This document shows positions 34,843 to 45,271 of a DNA stretch of 64,000 nucleotides, in pieces (within the stretch, counting starts at the first letter, position 1; every line of letters starts with the position of its first letter). The notes below the pieces were generated by a model that saw only the letters and a list, made by a program, of their open reading frames with translations, made no database searches and was not told the DNA's origin. Where the stretch lies: positions 64,001-128,000 of the forward strand of contig JAGWLG010000001.1 in NCBI GenBank assembly GCA_028864975.1, read 5' to 3'. This DNA comes from Thermoplasmata archaeon. Lineage in GTDB: Archaea; Thermoplasmatota; Thermoplasmata; Lutacidiplasmatales; UBA184. The position numbers and the translations under genes were made by a program.

Positions 34843-35793
34843 ATGACGCGGCGTGTGCTCTTTGTCCGGGACTCGACCCCGGTCTCGCCGGCCCACTACC
34901 TGCATCGGGCCCTCGAGGACGAGGGGGCGGACGTCTATCCGATCTACATCGACCGGTTCCGATGGAGCTACCAGTACGGCAATCGGCTTCCCGGACTTCG
35001 CTCTCAGTGGCCGGACCTCTACTATCAACCCTCTTTGGGGCCGCTACGACGCTGGGGCCGATTCGACCTGGTCCTGGTCTCGGACTGGCTCCGAGTGCCG
35101 GAGAAGGTGCTGCGCCTCGGGAAGCTCTCCGCTTTCTGGGCCTTCGACCCCGAGCTGAGGCCGGACAGCGCGTTCTACGACGGCCGCCATCGATACCGGG
35201 ACCTGCCTCCGTTCGACCTGATCTTCAACTCGCAGCCGACGCTCGGTGCGTGGCTCAAGGACGACTATCCCTCCTCGAAGGTGTACACGCTGCCTTTCGC
35301 GGCCCCCCGTCACCTCTACGCCGGCCTCCACGGAGCGAGGAGCCGCCCCAGCGGCTTCGTCGGGACCTTGAAGGCCGGGAAGCGCCTCTCGTTCCTCCGT
35401 GAGCTTGAGCGAAAGGTCCCTGGGTTCTACCTTCCCGAGGACCGGCTCTTCACCCCTTGGGAGTACGCGACGGAGATGTCGACCCTACGCGCCTCCGTCA
35501 ACCTCTCCGAGAACCACGAGGTTGCCATCCGCGCCTTCGAGGCGGTGGCGGCAGGCTGCATCCTGGTCCAGGACCAGGTCGCCGACCTCGAGACCTTGCT
35601 GGGGGACGAGCTCTACCGCATCGGGGTCGTAACGTTCCAGGAGCAGGACCGGGCCCCCGAAGCCATCAGGACCGCTGTGGGGCGGAGTGCGTCCGACCCG
35701 ACCGTGCATGACCGCATCCGAGCGCTCGCGCTCCGGGACCACTCCTACCACGCCCGCGCTAGGGAGATCCTTCGTCGCTCGGGACTTTCGTAG
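34843..35793 (+). CDS. Glycosyltransferase (CgeB/YkvP-like, Glyco_trans_1_2)
   Basis: DLIFNSQ, YTLPFAAP..Y, GFVGT..R, SVNLS..IRAFEAVAAGC. Confidence 0.75.
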   Translation: MTRRVLFVRDSTPVSPAHYLHRALEDEGADVYPIYIDRFRWSYQYGNRLPGLRSQWPDLYYQPSLGPLRRWGRFDLVLVSDWLRVPEKVLRLGKLSAFWAFDPELRPDSAFYDGRHRYRDLPPFDLIFNSQPTLGAWLKDDYPSSKVYTLPFAAPRHLYAGLHGARSRPSGFVGTLKAGKRLSFLRELERKVPGFYLPEDRLFTPWEYATEMSTLRASVNLSENHEVAIRAFEAVAAGCILVQDQVADLETLLGDELYRIGVVTFQEQDRAPEAIRTAVGRSASDPTVHDRIRALALRDHSYHARAREILRRSGLS

Positions 35794-35798
35794 CGAGC

Positions 35799-36842
35799 TT
35801 ATCCGAGCTTCCGGTAGAGGCCGGAGAGCTCCCTCCCCACGAACTCGTCCGAGTACGGGCGGAGCACCTCCGGGCTCGGGGTGAAGTCCCCCTCGGAGAG
35901 GGCGCTCTCGATGGCGCCAGCGAGCCGCTCGACCATTTTGGGATCCTCTCCCCCCTCGAGCACCCTGCGGCAGTCGTACCGATAGTAGTGGACCCCGTTG
36001 GCATGCCCGTAGTCCTTGGTGAAGTTGAGCACCTCGGGCACGACGATCCGCGTCCCTCGTGCATAGGCGTCGAACACGGCGATCGGGAACCCCTCGTAAT
36101 AGCTCGAGTTCACGAACGCGTGGCTCGAACGGTAGAGCTCGTCCAGGCGCGCGAAGGGGACGGGGTACTCCGGCAGGTCCAGGTCATGGAGCCGACGTAC
36201 CTCCCGGAGCCAGCGGTCGATCTTGGAGTTCTCCTCGGTGTATTCGGGTTGACGATGCAACAGGAAGCAGACCTTTCGTCGTCCGGGGACCTTCAGGAGG
36301 GCCTCGAGGAACTTGGCGGGGCCTTTTCGAGGGTGGTTCCCTCCGACCCACAGAAGGTCGTAGGCCCGCTCCTTGCGACCGGCGGACGGAGCTTGAAGTG
36401 GCAGACGGATCAGGTGGGTCTTGCGATGGGCCCCCTCGCCCAGGAGCTCCCGGATCTCCTCCTGGATGGCCGGGTTGATGGCCACGATCGCCCGGGCCCT
36501 GGCCGCGGCACGGCGGTACCTCCAGGAGGTCCAGAGCCGGTCCATCGACCGTTGCGTCCGGTCGTAGAACGGGAAGAGGATGTGGTAGGTGACGACGTCA
36601 GCCCCACGGAATGCGACCTCGGGCTCCACGGCGTGGTAGAGATGATCCCGGTCGTAGGAGCGCGTCAGGAACTGGAATGCCGGCTTGACCCGCCCGCCCA
36701 GCCGCGCACCGTACCGCAGCCCGACCGGGAAGGTCTCCGCCTTCTCGCCCTGCGTGGCCAGCGCTCGTTGGTAGTACTTCGCGGCGTTGCTCATGCTGCT
36801 CGGATGCGTCCGCTCGAGGAAGGCGTAGCGGACCGTCCTCAC
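35799..36842 (-). CDS. GT4-like glycosyltransferase
   Basis: GTG 36842 overlapping the upstream stop; LWVGGNHPRKG, FVNSSYYEGFPIAVFDAYARG. Confidence 0.85.
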   Translation of the reverse strand: MRTVRYAFLERTHPSSMSNAAKYYQRALATQGEKAETFPVGLRYGARLGGRVKPAFQFLTRSYDRDHLYHAVEPEVAFRGADVVTYHILFPFYDRTQRSMDRLWTSWRYRRAAARARAIVAINPAIQEEIRELLGEGAHRKTHLIRLPLQAPSAGRKERAYDLLWVGGNHPRKGPAKFLEALLKVPGRRKVCFLLHRQPEYTEENSKIDRWLREVRRLHDLDLPEYPVPFARLDELYRSSHAFVNSSYYEGFPIAVFDAYARGTRIVVPEVLNFTKDYGHANGVHYYRYDCRRVLEGGEDPKMVERLAGAIESALSEGDFTPSPEVLRPYSDEFVGRELSGLYRKLG

Positions 36843-38026
36843 GGGGCCTCCCCTCCACGACCGCCGGCGCGCGTGGGGCTGTGGACACGCTCGAGCGCCT
36901 TCGCCAGGACCCGCCGAAGCTCGTGGGCCTGGGCCTCCCATGTCCACTGGGCAAAGGCGGCGTGCCCACTCTCCCCGACGCGCCGCATCCGTCCGGGATC
37001 GTGAGCGAGCTCGACGAGGACATCGGCGAGGGCCTTGGCATCGCCCGTGGGGACCTCGAGGAGGTCCCTTCCGCGGGTCCCTAGGTCCACGGAGACGTCC
37101 GGCGTGGTCACGATGGGAAGTCCTAGGGCGGCCGCTTCGGGGATCGGAAGAGGTGAGCCCTCGTAACGGGTCGGGAAGACGAAGGCATCCGAGGCGGCGA
37201 GCATCCTTCGCTTCTCTTTCCCGTCGATGAAACCGAAGCCGATCTCCTCCTCGGTGGTGTCCTTCGTGCTCCCAGCCTGCAGGATCCTCCAAGGGGCCCC
37301 TCGCGCGCGAGCGAGATGGACGGAGTCTCGCAGCACGTCCAGTCCCTTGCGCTTCCAGTCGACGCCGACGAACGACGCATAGAACGTACCCTCAGGCAAG
37401 CCGAGATCGGACCGTGCTTGACGACGTTCCTCGGGGGAGATGGGCGGGACCGGGTCGAACCCGTTCGGCAGTACCGCGATCTTCTCCTCCGGGATGCCGT
37501 ACAGGGCTCGCAGATCGCGACGGTTCATCGAGGAACAGGCGATGATGAGGTCCGCCTTGCGTACGTTCCTCTTCTCGAACCAAGGGATGATCCAGCGTTC
37601 GAAACCCAACCCCAGCTGATCTCGGGGCCGGGTACGCTCCCCGAAGCCAAGGAAGCGGGGGCCCACTCCCTGGAACCAGTCGACGCCCAGGATCCCCAGC
37701 CTATGTGCGCGGTTGAAGAGCCACCCCGCCCCGGAGTCGGCGGTGGAGATGATCACATCGAAGGAGCGGTCCAGCTCTCCTCGGACCCGCAGGGGTACCT
37801 CCCAACTGGGCAGCCGCGTGCGCCCTCCCGAGCTCCAGCTGCGGACGGGGGCAGCTTGGATCCCCTCCCAAGAAGGGGCACCACGAGGACGGCCATCGCG
37901 CGTTGGGTAGAAGGCGACCACCTCGTCCCCTTCGGCGACAAGGACCCGGCCGACGGCGCGGAGGAAGCGGGTGTGGCTCCAGATGCTCTCAGCCGGGTGG
38001 GCGTGGAAAACGATCCCGATCTTCAT
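36839..38026 (-). CDS. GT4 glycosyltransferase
   Basis: MKIGIVFH, VLPNGFD, FVGVDWKRKG, FVFPTRYEGSPLPIPEAAALG. Confidence 0.9.
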   Translation of the reverse strand: MKIGIVFHAHPAESIWSHTRFLRAVGRVLVAEGDEVVAFYPTRDGRPRGAPSWEGIQAAPVRSWSSGGRTRLPSWEVPLRVRGELDRSFDVIISTADSGAGWLFNRAHRLGILGVDWFQGVGPRFLGFGERTRPRDQLGLGFERWIIPWFEKRNVRKADLIIACSSMNRRDLRALYGIPEEKIAVLPNGFDPVPPISPEERRQARSDLGLPEGTFYASFVGVDWKRKGLDVLRDSVHLARARGAPWRILQAGSTKDTTEEEIGFGFIDGKEKRRMLAASDAFVFPTRYEGSPLPIPEAAALGLPIVTTPDVSVDLGTRGRDLLEVPTGDAKALADVLVELAHDPGRMRRVGESGHAAFAQWTWEAQAHELRRVLAKALERVHSPTRAGGRGGEAP

Positions 38027-38274
38027 CGCCACGACCACGCGCCCACCGTCCTACGGCCACCATTATATCGAAGCTTCCGGGTGGCCGCCCCCAAGGTTGT
38101 CGGAGCGCGGGCCCCTTCGTCCGGGTGCGAGCCGTCCGCGTGGGGCCTTCCATCGCTTGCGCTTCAGGTGGAGCTCGCCGGAGTTGCTGTCAAACCTGCT
38201 TGACCGCCGGTTATAGACCCCGAGCCCGCGTAGAACGGAGTGTCCAGGGTCATGCGGTCGCCCCGGAAGGGTCT

Positions 38275-39309
38275 ATGTCGTGGGGGAGCGTCGCTCGCGC
38301 CCTATCGGGTGCGCTCGGGGCAACTTTCGTCCTCCTCCTCTTGCTCGGAGGAGCGGTCTCCTCGGCGTCGGCGGCGCCTAGCAGGTCGGAGGGCGGGGTA
38401 CCGGACCCTCCGGCTTTCGATGTCGAGATCGCGGCCACCCCTCAGACCGGTCCGCCACCTTTGGACGTGAGCTTCGCGGCAGCGGTGGCGGGGGCCGTTG
38501 GGTCGGTCAACATCACCTGGCAGTTCGGAGATGGCGGCACGTCCCGAGGAGTGGACGCGACCCACCTCTACAAGGTTCCCGGGACCTACACGGCGAAGGC
38601 GATCGCGGTCGACAGCACGGGTAGCTCGGCGTCCGCCGAGATGAACATCTCGGTGGGGGCCGCGGCGGTGGCGAGCTCGGGGGATTGGAACTTCTTCGGG
38701 CTCTCCCTCGGTGAACTCCTGATCCTGGCCGCGATCGTGGCAGGAGCCGCGCTCTTGGTAGGACCGGTCCTTCGGCTCGCTCACCTGGAGCGGTTCGTCA
38801 TGGAGCGGGGAAGGCGCCCCGTCCGTGGTGTAGCGGCCCCCTCGGGGGGCCCGGACCTCCTTCCCGGTGGGCGGCCGGTTCCCATGGCTTTCGTTCCCTT
38901 TTCGCTGGGACTTCGGTCCGTGGCGCGAACCATTCATCGACGGCCAGGAGGGGACGTGAGCTCCCTGCCCGAGGTGAAGGTGGCTCCATGGCCCGCTCCT
39001 TCCCCTCCCCGGTCCAGCTCCCGCACGCGGATCACCCGACGAGGCGACCCCCAGGTCCCGGGGGTCATCTGGGTCCGCTCTCCCGGGGCGGCTTGGGAGA
39101 GGGTGGGCACGCTCCCCTGGGCGAAGGCCAGCTTTCCATGGCTCGAGGCGTACCGGCGGACCAACGGTCTCACGGCCGAGACCTGGGTCTGGGTGCTGCC
39201 GAAGGGATCACGGCCGACCTCGGCTCCCTCCCGGGTGGGGAACGCGCCGACGAGCGCTCCTCCGCGCGGGCCCGCCCCCCTCGGGCGAGCTTCGCTCCGG
39301 CGAGTATAA
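38275..39309 (+). CDS. PKD-domain membrane protein with cytoplasmic C-terminal extension
   Basis: Signal/TM, PKD (TGPPPLDVSF..WQFGDGG..HLYKVPGTYT), second TM, Trp-rich C-terminal segment. Confidence 0.75.
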   Translation: MSWGSVARALSGALGATFVLLLLLGGAVSSASAAPSRSEGGVPDPPAFDVEIAATPQTGPPPLDVSFAAAVAGAVGSVNITWQFGDGGTSRGVDATHLYKVPGTYTAKAIAVDSTGSSASAEMNISVGAAAVASSGDWNFFGLSLGELLILAAIVAGAALLVGPVLRLAHLERFVMERGRRPVRGVAAPSGGPDLLPGGRPVPMAFVPFSLGLRSVARTIHRRPGGDVSSLPEVKVAPWPAPSPPRSSSRTRITRRGDPQVPGVIWVRSPGAAWERVGTLPWAKASFPWLEAYRRTNGLTAETWVWVLPKGSRPTSAPSRVGNAPTSAPPRGPAPLGRASLRRV

Positions 39310-39363
39310 GGAAGAGCAACTCTCCTCCCCTCCCCGGCGGGACACCCGGGAGGGCATCGGAGC

Positions 39364-40479
39364 ATGACCAAGGTCCTGGTCACGGGAGGGGCGGGGTTCA
39401 TCGGAGGGCATCTCGTCGACGCGCTCGTGGCCCACGGGGACCAGGTCCACGTTATCGATCCCCTTCTGCCGCAGGTGCATCCCTCCCCACCCGACTACCT
39501 GAACCCCAAGGCCAAGTATCACAAGAGCGACGTGGCGGAGGCCCGGGTCCTCTCGAAGCTGCTACCGGGGGCCGAGGTTATCTTCCATCTCGGTGCCGCC
39601 GTGGGGACCGCGCAGAGCATGTACCAGGTCGACGGGTACGTTCGTGAGAACTCCCTCGGGACCGCGAAGCTCCTCCAGGCGCTCATCGACCGGAAGCTTC
39701 GACCCCGAAGGCTCGTGGTCGCTTCGTCGAACACGATCTACGGGGAGGGCCGGTACCGCTGCGCCAAGTGCGGGCCCATCGCTCCGGGGCTCAGGAGCGA
39801 GGAGCAGCTCCTCAAGCACGACTGGGCGGTCCACTGCCCCATCTGTGGGGCTCCTGCGCAACCGGCTCCGACGGAGGAGGGGAAGCCGCTCGACCCGAGC
39901 ACCGTCTACGCCATGACGAAGTACGACGAGGAGAAGCTCTCCCTCATGATCGGGGAGGCCTACGGGATCCCCACCGTCGCGTGCCGCTTCTTCAACACCT
40001 ACGGGCCCCGCCAGCAGCTCCACAATCCCTACACGGGGCTCACCGCCATCTTCCTCAACCAGATCCGCAACGGCCACGCCCCGATCGTCTACGAGGACGG
40101 CTTCCAGACCCGGGACTTCGTGAACGTGCACGACATCGTGCGGGGTCTCCTCCTGGCGATGGAGCGCCGCGAGGCGGTGGGACACGCCATCAACCTTGGG
40201 ACCGGGAAGGGGACTTCGGTGCGAGAGGTCGCCCGGCTGCTGATGGACCTTGAGGCACGGGAGTTGCCGCTCAACACCCCGAACAAGTATCGCCCCGGGG
40301 ACGTGCGACATTGTACGGCGGACATTTCTCTCGCGCGCAAGCTCCTGGGCTACGAGCCCAAGATCGACCTCAGGACCGGTTTGGCGGAGCTCCACGCCTG
40401 GAGCCGCGAACGACGCACGGAGGACAAGGTCCGAGCCGCGAACCAGGAGCTCGTGGACCGGGGCATCCTCAAGGGCTGA
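39364..40479 (+). CDS. NAD-dependent nucleotide-sugar epimerase/dehydratase with Zn-binding insertion
   Basis: TGGAGFIG, ASS, YAMTK, RFFNTYGP, CAKC..CPIC insertion. Confidence 0.93.
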   Translation: MTKVLVTGGAGFIGGHLVDALVAHGDQVHVIDPLLPQVHPSPPDYLNPKAKYHKSDVAEARVLSKLLPGAEVIFHLGAAVGTAQSMYQVDGYVRENSLGTAKLLQALIDRKLRPRRLVVASSNTIYGEGRYRCAKCGPIAPGLRSEEQLLKHDWAVHCPICGAPAQPAPTEEGKPLDPSTVYAMTKYDEEKLSLMIGEAYGIPTVACRFFNTYGPRQQLHNPYTGLTAIFLNQIRNGHAPIVYEDGFQTRDFVNVHDIVRGLLLAMERREAVGHAINLGTGKGTSVREVARLLMDLEARELPLNTPNKYRPGDVRHCTADISLARKLLGYEPKIDLRTGLAELHAWSRERRTEDKVRAANQELVDRGILKG

Positions 40480-41705
40480 TGGTCAGAGGAGGTCGCGCGC
40501 CAACGATGGTCCCCCCCGCTCGCACGGACCGACCCCGCCTCACGGTGGTCCGAGGCACCCAGGTCGCGAACCTCTCCGAGCTGCAGATCTACGCCCATCT
40601 CAAGGACCACGGCTTCGACCCCGAACTGCTGGGGGCCCGGAGGACCAACTACAAGGATAGTGACGTTCCGATGCCGGTTCGTCGGCTCGCCACGCCGCCC
40701 ATCGCTGGACGGATCAGCCGGACGGCCGCCGGCGGGTACCTGATCGGCCAGGTCTCCCCCTACCGCTACTTCCACGAGTACCTGGTCGGGTTCGACCGTG
40801 CAGTGCAGGATTCCGACATCCTCTTCCCCGTCGACTTCGGGCACCCGACGAGCTTCCAGTGCCTGAAGCACCGCCCTCGGGCGAAGGTCGTCGTCCAGGT
40901 CTGGGAGAACATCCCGTTCAACTGGCCGGAGGACCGGCCGCTCTCCCAGCACTACCGGGCCGTGTTGGAGAAGGCCGACTTCTTCGTGCCCTTCACGCGC
41001 AGCGCAGACCGCGCCCTCCGACGCATGGGGGTCGCCTCGGAGCGCCGCTCGCTGGTCTACTGTGGTGTCGACACGTCCGCCTTCCGCCCGCCCTCCAGCC
41101 AAGAGCGCGCGTCGGCACGGGCCCACCTCGGCGTCGGGGCGAACGACGTGGTGGTGACGTTCGTGGGTCGCCTGGGCTTCTTCAAGGGCATCTACACGCT
41201 GCTGGAGTCGCTCACGGAGGTGGACCGTCGGGTCCGTCTCCAGCTGGTGGGCGCGGGAGAAGAGCGGAAGGCCTCACGCCGAGCCAGGGACCTGGGCGTT
41301 GCCGACCGGGTCAAGTTCTGGGGGTGGGTGCCCCACGCGGAGCTCGGTCCCAAGATCCTCTGGGGGAGCGACCTCGTCGTGGCCCCCTCCGTCCCGACCG
41401 AGCAATGGCGGGAACAGTTCGACCAGTTCGTCGTGGAGAGCATGGCGGCAGCCCTCCCTGCCGTGGGGTCGAGGACCGGCGGGCTTCCCGAAGTCATCGA
41501 CCAGGGACGGACGGGCCTCCTCGTGACCCCGGATGATCCCGAGGAGCTCGCTCAGGGGTTGAACGTTCTGGCCACGGACGCGGCGCTTCGCTCGAAGATG
41601 GGGGAAGCCGCTCGGAAGCGGGTCGAGTCCATGTTCGACGCGAGGAAGAACGCCGCGACCCTGGGTGAGGTCCTCCGCTCCAAGGTCTTGGGACTCCCCG
41701 ACTGA
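40479..41705 (+). CDS. GT4 glycosyltransferase
   Basis: ATG overlapping the epimerase stop; CGVDT..F, FVGRLGFFKG, EQFDQFVVESMAAALP. Confidence 0.9.
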   Translation: MVRGGRAPTMVPPARTDRPRLTVVRGTQVANLSELQIYAHLKDHGFDPELLGARRTNYKDSDVPMPVRRLATPPIAGRISRTAAGGYLIGQVSPYRYFHEYLVGFDRAVQDSDILFPVDFGHPTSFQCLKHRPRAKVVVQVWENIPFNWPEDRPLSQHYRAVLEKADFFVPFTRSADRALRRMGVASERRSLVYCGVDTSAFRPPSSQERASARAHLGVGANDVVVTFVGRLGFFKGIYTLLESLTEVDRRVRLQLVGAGEERKASRRARDLGVADRVKFWGWVPHAELGPKILWGSDLVVAPSVPTEQWREQFDQFVVESMAAALPAVGSRTGGLPEVIDQGRTGLLVTPDDPEELAQGLNVLATDAALRSKMGEAARKRVESMFDARKNAATLGEVLRSKVLGLPD

Positions 41706-41755
41706 GGCGAGAGCGCGCGTCGGGATCACGCGGCGGCTCGCCCGTCGACCCCGTC

Positions 41756-42985
41756 CTACTTCCCCGGTCCGTCGAGGACCCGATGGTAGGCGTCGAGCAG
41801 CCCCCGAACGTGGGCCGCGGGTCGGAAGAGCGCGACGTAGCGTTCCCGCCCCCGCCTCCCCCACTCCTCCATCCGCTTTCGGTCCGCGAAGGACTCGACG
41901 ATCGCCTCCGACCAGGCCGCCACGTCGCCCGGCGGGAGCAACCGCCCCTGCTTCCCGTCTTCCAACCAGTCCGGGATGCCTCCCAGGTGGCTGCCCAGGG
42001 CGGGGCGACCGCGCACGAAGGCCTCGAGCCCGACCAGGCCAAAGTTCTCGTAGCCATCCGAGGGGACCGCGAGCAGGTGGATCCTCCGGAAGAAGCGCTC
42101 CTTCTCTTCGCCGTTGACCCATCCAGGGAACTCCACGGCCTGGGCGGTCTCAGGCCCCAGAGCTCGGGCCCGGGCGCGAAGGGCGGGCTCGGCGGACCCT
42201 CTCCCGGCCAGGATGAGACGAAGCCCCGGGACCCGCGCACGAGCCTTGGCGAACGCCTCGAGCAGGGAGAAAGGGCCCTTGTACGTCTCCAGGCGCCCCA
42301 GGAAGCCGATCGTCGGCTCCCCGTTCGGGAGCGCGGGAGGCGCGGTCTCGACCGAGGAGGGTGCGTCGATGAACGGGGCAAGGACCTGCGTCGGACCAAA
42401 GCCGTGGCGCTCCAGGAACTGGGCGGCCGCCCGACTGGGGGCGATGAAGAGCTTCACCCGGGGAGCGACCCGCCGGCGGAAGACCCGGTCCTGAGCCAGC
42501 TTGTAGGGGATCCCCAGGCCGACGTGGCAGCCCGTGAACTGGCAACGGGGCAAGATCCTGCCTTCGCAGAGCCGCCCGTCGGGGAGGACCAGCGTCGCGA
42601 TAGGACAAACGAGCTTCGCGTCGTGGGCGGTCAGGACGGTCGGGACGGAGAGCTTGGAGAGGAGGCGGGCGAGCGGGACGAACCAGCTGTCGAAGTGGTG
42701 AACGTGGACGAGGTCGGGGTGGAACTCCTCGACCACACGGCGGAGCCGGAGCAGCCCGGGGGGCTCTGCCCCAAGGTCCTCGGCGAGGCGCCCGGGTCCC
42801 ATCCGAGCGAGCGGGAGAACCTCCTCCCACGGCTCCGGGCGGTACTCCGAGACCGAGGGGGCGTCCGTGATGCTGACGGTCTTCTGGGGGTGGCCCTCGG
42901 CCTCGAGCGCACGACCGACGGACCGCAGGTAGGACTCGGTCCCTCCCGGGGGCCCTGTCCAGTCGTTGATCCGCAGGACGCGCAT
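41756..42985 (-). CDS. GT4 glycosyltransferase
   Basis: GGTESY, DLVHVHH, FLGRLETYKG, VPSDGYENFGLVGLEAF. Confidence 0.92.
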   Translation of the reverse strand: MRVLRINDWTGPPGGTESYLRSVGRALEAEGHPQKTVSITDAPSVSEYRPEPWEEVLPLARMGPGRLAEDLGAEPPGLLRLRRVVEEFHPDLVHVHHFDSWFVPLARLLSKLSVPTVLTAHDAKLVCPIATLVLPDGRLCEGRILPRCQFTGCHVGLGIPYKLAQDRVFRRRVAPRVKLFIAPSRAAAQFLERHGFGPTQVLAPFIDAPSSVETAPPALPNGEPTIGFLGRLETYKGPFSLLEAFAKARARVPGLRLILAGRGSAEPALRARARALGPETAQAVEFPGWVNGEEKERFFRRIHLLAVPSDGYENFGLVGLEAFVRGRPALGSHLGGIPDWLEDGKQGRLLPPGDVAAWSEAIVESFADRKRMEEWGRRGRERYVALFRPAAHVRGLLDAYHRVLDGPGK

Positions 42986-43068
42986 GGTCCCCGAGGCCCT
43001 CTCTCGAGGATGGCCGCACCGCCTATATCATACGGGAGCTCGGGAGGGCGGAGCAGTGGGGTGCGAAG

Positions 43069-44469
43069 ATGCCGGCCGTGGTCGTGCTGGGGCTCGATTC
43101 GGTCCCGCCGGAGCTCCTCTTCCAGCGGTTCCTCCCTCACATGCCGAACGTCCGGGGATTGCTCGCGCGCGCGCTCTACGGGCCGCTGCGGACCTGCGAG
43201 CCCCCGATCACGGTACCGGCCTGGGCGGTCTTCTTCAGCGGGGTCGACCCCGGGACGCTCGGCGTGTATGGGTTCCGTCATCGGCGGGCCGGGACCTACT
43301 TCGACCAGTACACCCCCACCCCGTCAACGCTGCAGACCGCGCCCATCTGGGACCTGCTCTCTCGCAAGGGCCGACGTGTGGCGGTCCTCGGGATGCCCCC
43401 CGGGTACCCCCCTCCCGCCGTCAACGGGGTCTACGTCTCGGACTTCCTGACACCTGACAACGCCCCCGACAGCATCTACCCCTCCTCGCTGCGACCGGAG
43501 CTCGAGCGGGTCGCAGGCGGGCCCCTGGTCTTCGACGTCGAGTTCCGCCACGACGCTCGGGAGAAGCTCTTCGAGGAACTGCTCGCGATGACCCGTCAGC
43601 GGTGGGCGATCGCTCGGGAGGTCTACGCGCGCGGTCCGTGGGACCTCTTCGCGCTGCACGACATCGGCCCTGACCGCTTCCATCATGCCTTTTGGAAGTA
43701 CTTCGACCCGACGCACCCGCGCCACGACAAGGCTGGACCTTTCCTCGACATCGGGGAACGCTACTACGCGGAGCTCGACAAGGAGATCGGCGGGTTCCTT
43801 CGACAGGTTGGGCCCGAGAGCATCGTGCTCGTGGCGAGCGACCATGGCTCGAAGGCCATGGACGGATGCTTCTGCATCAATGAGTGGTTGATGCAGCAAG
43901 GGCTGCTTCGGCTCAAGGGGAATGCGCCACCCGCCGGTTCGCCCTTGGAAAAATGCGAGATCAACTGGAAGAAGACCTCGGTTTGGGGCGCGGGCGGATA
44001 CTACGCTCGCCTCTTCTTCAACGTCAAGGGTCGCGAGCCGGAGGGGTCCCTGAAGGGCTCGGAGGTGGCCAAGATGACGCAACGCCTTGAGCAAGAGCTC
44101 TCTCGAGTCAAGCGCCCGGATGGCCAACCCCTGGGAGTTCGTGTCGTCCGACCGGAGACCTCGTACCGCCAGGTCCGGGGAGACCCGCCCGACCTCATGG
44201 TCTACTTCGGCGACCTCGCATGGAGGTCCGCGGGGACCGTGGGCCACGGGAAGCTCTTCCTGGAGGAGAACGACACGGGGCCGGATGACGCGGTCCATGG
44301 CTGGGACGGTCTCTATGCCCTGGTCGATCCCCGAAGGAGCCCAGCTGCGGGTCAGGGAGGCGCCCGGGAGGACATTCTGAACGTCGCCCCGACCCTCCTC
44401 CGTCTCCTGGGGGAGACCCCGCCGAGCTATATGCAGGGTCAGCCCATCGCTCGCTGGATCCCCGAATGA
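43069..44469 (+). CDS. Alkaline phosphatase superfamily protein (COG3379-like nucleotide pyrophosphatase/phosphodiesterase)
   Basis: GLDS, PPITVPAW (Thr nucleophile), DRFHH, ASDHG, AVHGWDG. Confidence 0.88.
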   Translation: MPAVVVLGLDSVPPELLFQRFLPHMPNVRGLLARALYGPLRTCEPPITVPAWAVFFSGVDPGTLGVYGFRHRRAGTYFDQYTPTPSTLQTAPIWDLLSRKGRRVAVLGMPPGYPPPAVNGVYVSDFLTPDNAPDSIYPSSLRPELERVAGGPLVFDVEFRHDAREKLFEELLAMTRQRWAIAREVYARGPWDLFALHDIGPDRFHHAFWKYFDPTHPRHDKAGPFLDIGERYYAELDKEIGGFLRQVGPESIVLVASDHGSKAMDGCFCINEWLMQQGLLRLKGNAPPAGSPLEKCEINWKKTSVWGAGGYYARLFFNVKGREPEGSLKGSEVAKMTQRLEQELSRVKRPDGQPLGVRVVRPETSYRQVRGDPPDLMVYFGDLAWRSAGTVGHGKLFLEENDTGPDDAVHGWDGLYALVDPRRSPAAGQGGAREDILNVAPTLLRLLGETPPSYMQGQPIARWIPE

Positions 44470-45077
44470 CGACGCCCCACCCGGCCCTGCAGCACGTCGC
44501 GAAGACCACTGGACCCCCTCCCATCCATCTCGCCAAGAAGCACGGTCGGCCCGGGTTCGTTCTGTGGATGGAGGGTCTCTCCGGCTCCGGGAAGTCGACC
44601 CTCTCGAAGACCCTCGCGGCCAAGCTCCACGCCGACGGTTGGAACGTCGAGATCCTGGACGGCGACGAGGTTCGTCAGGGCCTCTCACCCGACCTCGGAT
44701 TTTCCCGAAAGGACCGAGAGACCCATGCCCACCGTGTGAGCTACGTCGCTCGCGTGCTCTCGCGCAACGGGGTGGCGGTCCTCGTGGCCCTCATCACCCC
44801 CTACGAGAGCTCCCGCAAGGCCGCGCGGACCTCCGTCGGCGAGCGCTTCACCGAAGTGTACATCAAGGCCCCTCTGGACATCTGCCAGAAACGCGACGTC
44901 AAAGGACTTTACAAGAAGACCCAGTCAGGCCACGTGACCCAGATGACCGGGGTGGACGACCCGTTCGAGGAACCCGCGAACCCTGACCTCGTGGTCGATA
45001 CCTCGAGCGACTCCGTGGAGACCTGCGCAGGCGTGATCTTGGGCCACCTCAAGGCCAAAGGCTTCCTCCCGAATTAG
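44466..45077 (+). CDS. cysC: Adenylyl-sulfate (APS) kinase
   Basis: GLSGSGKST, LDGDEVR, LGFSRKDR, CQKRDVKGLY, TGVDDPFEEP; ATGA overlap with the AlkP gene. Confidence 0.96.
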   Translation: MTTPHPALQHVAKTTGPPPIHLAKKHGRPGFVLWMEGLSGSGKSTLSKTLAAKLHADGWNVEILDGDEVRQGLSPDLGFSRKDRETHAHRVSYVARVLSRNGVAVLVALITPYESSRKAARTSVGERFTEVYIKAPLDICQKRDVKGLYKKTQSGHVTQMTGVDDPFEEPANPDLVVDTSSDSVETCAGVILGHLKAKGFLPN

Positions 45078-45271
45078 GGCTCGCCGAGTCCCCTCCACGA
45101 GACGGGCCTCTCGTCGATAGGCCGACCGGATCTCATCGGGCGAGGCCCGCGCGCGACCTCGACGATCCGGTAGAGATTCTGGCTCACCATTCACCGAGGG
45201 GCGATGCCCTGTTGCCCGAGGGCCTACTTGGGGCATCTTGGTTCCGCCGCACTCGCCCCTGGATCGGAGGC

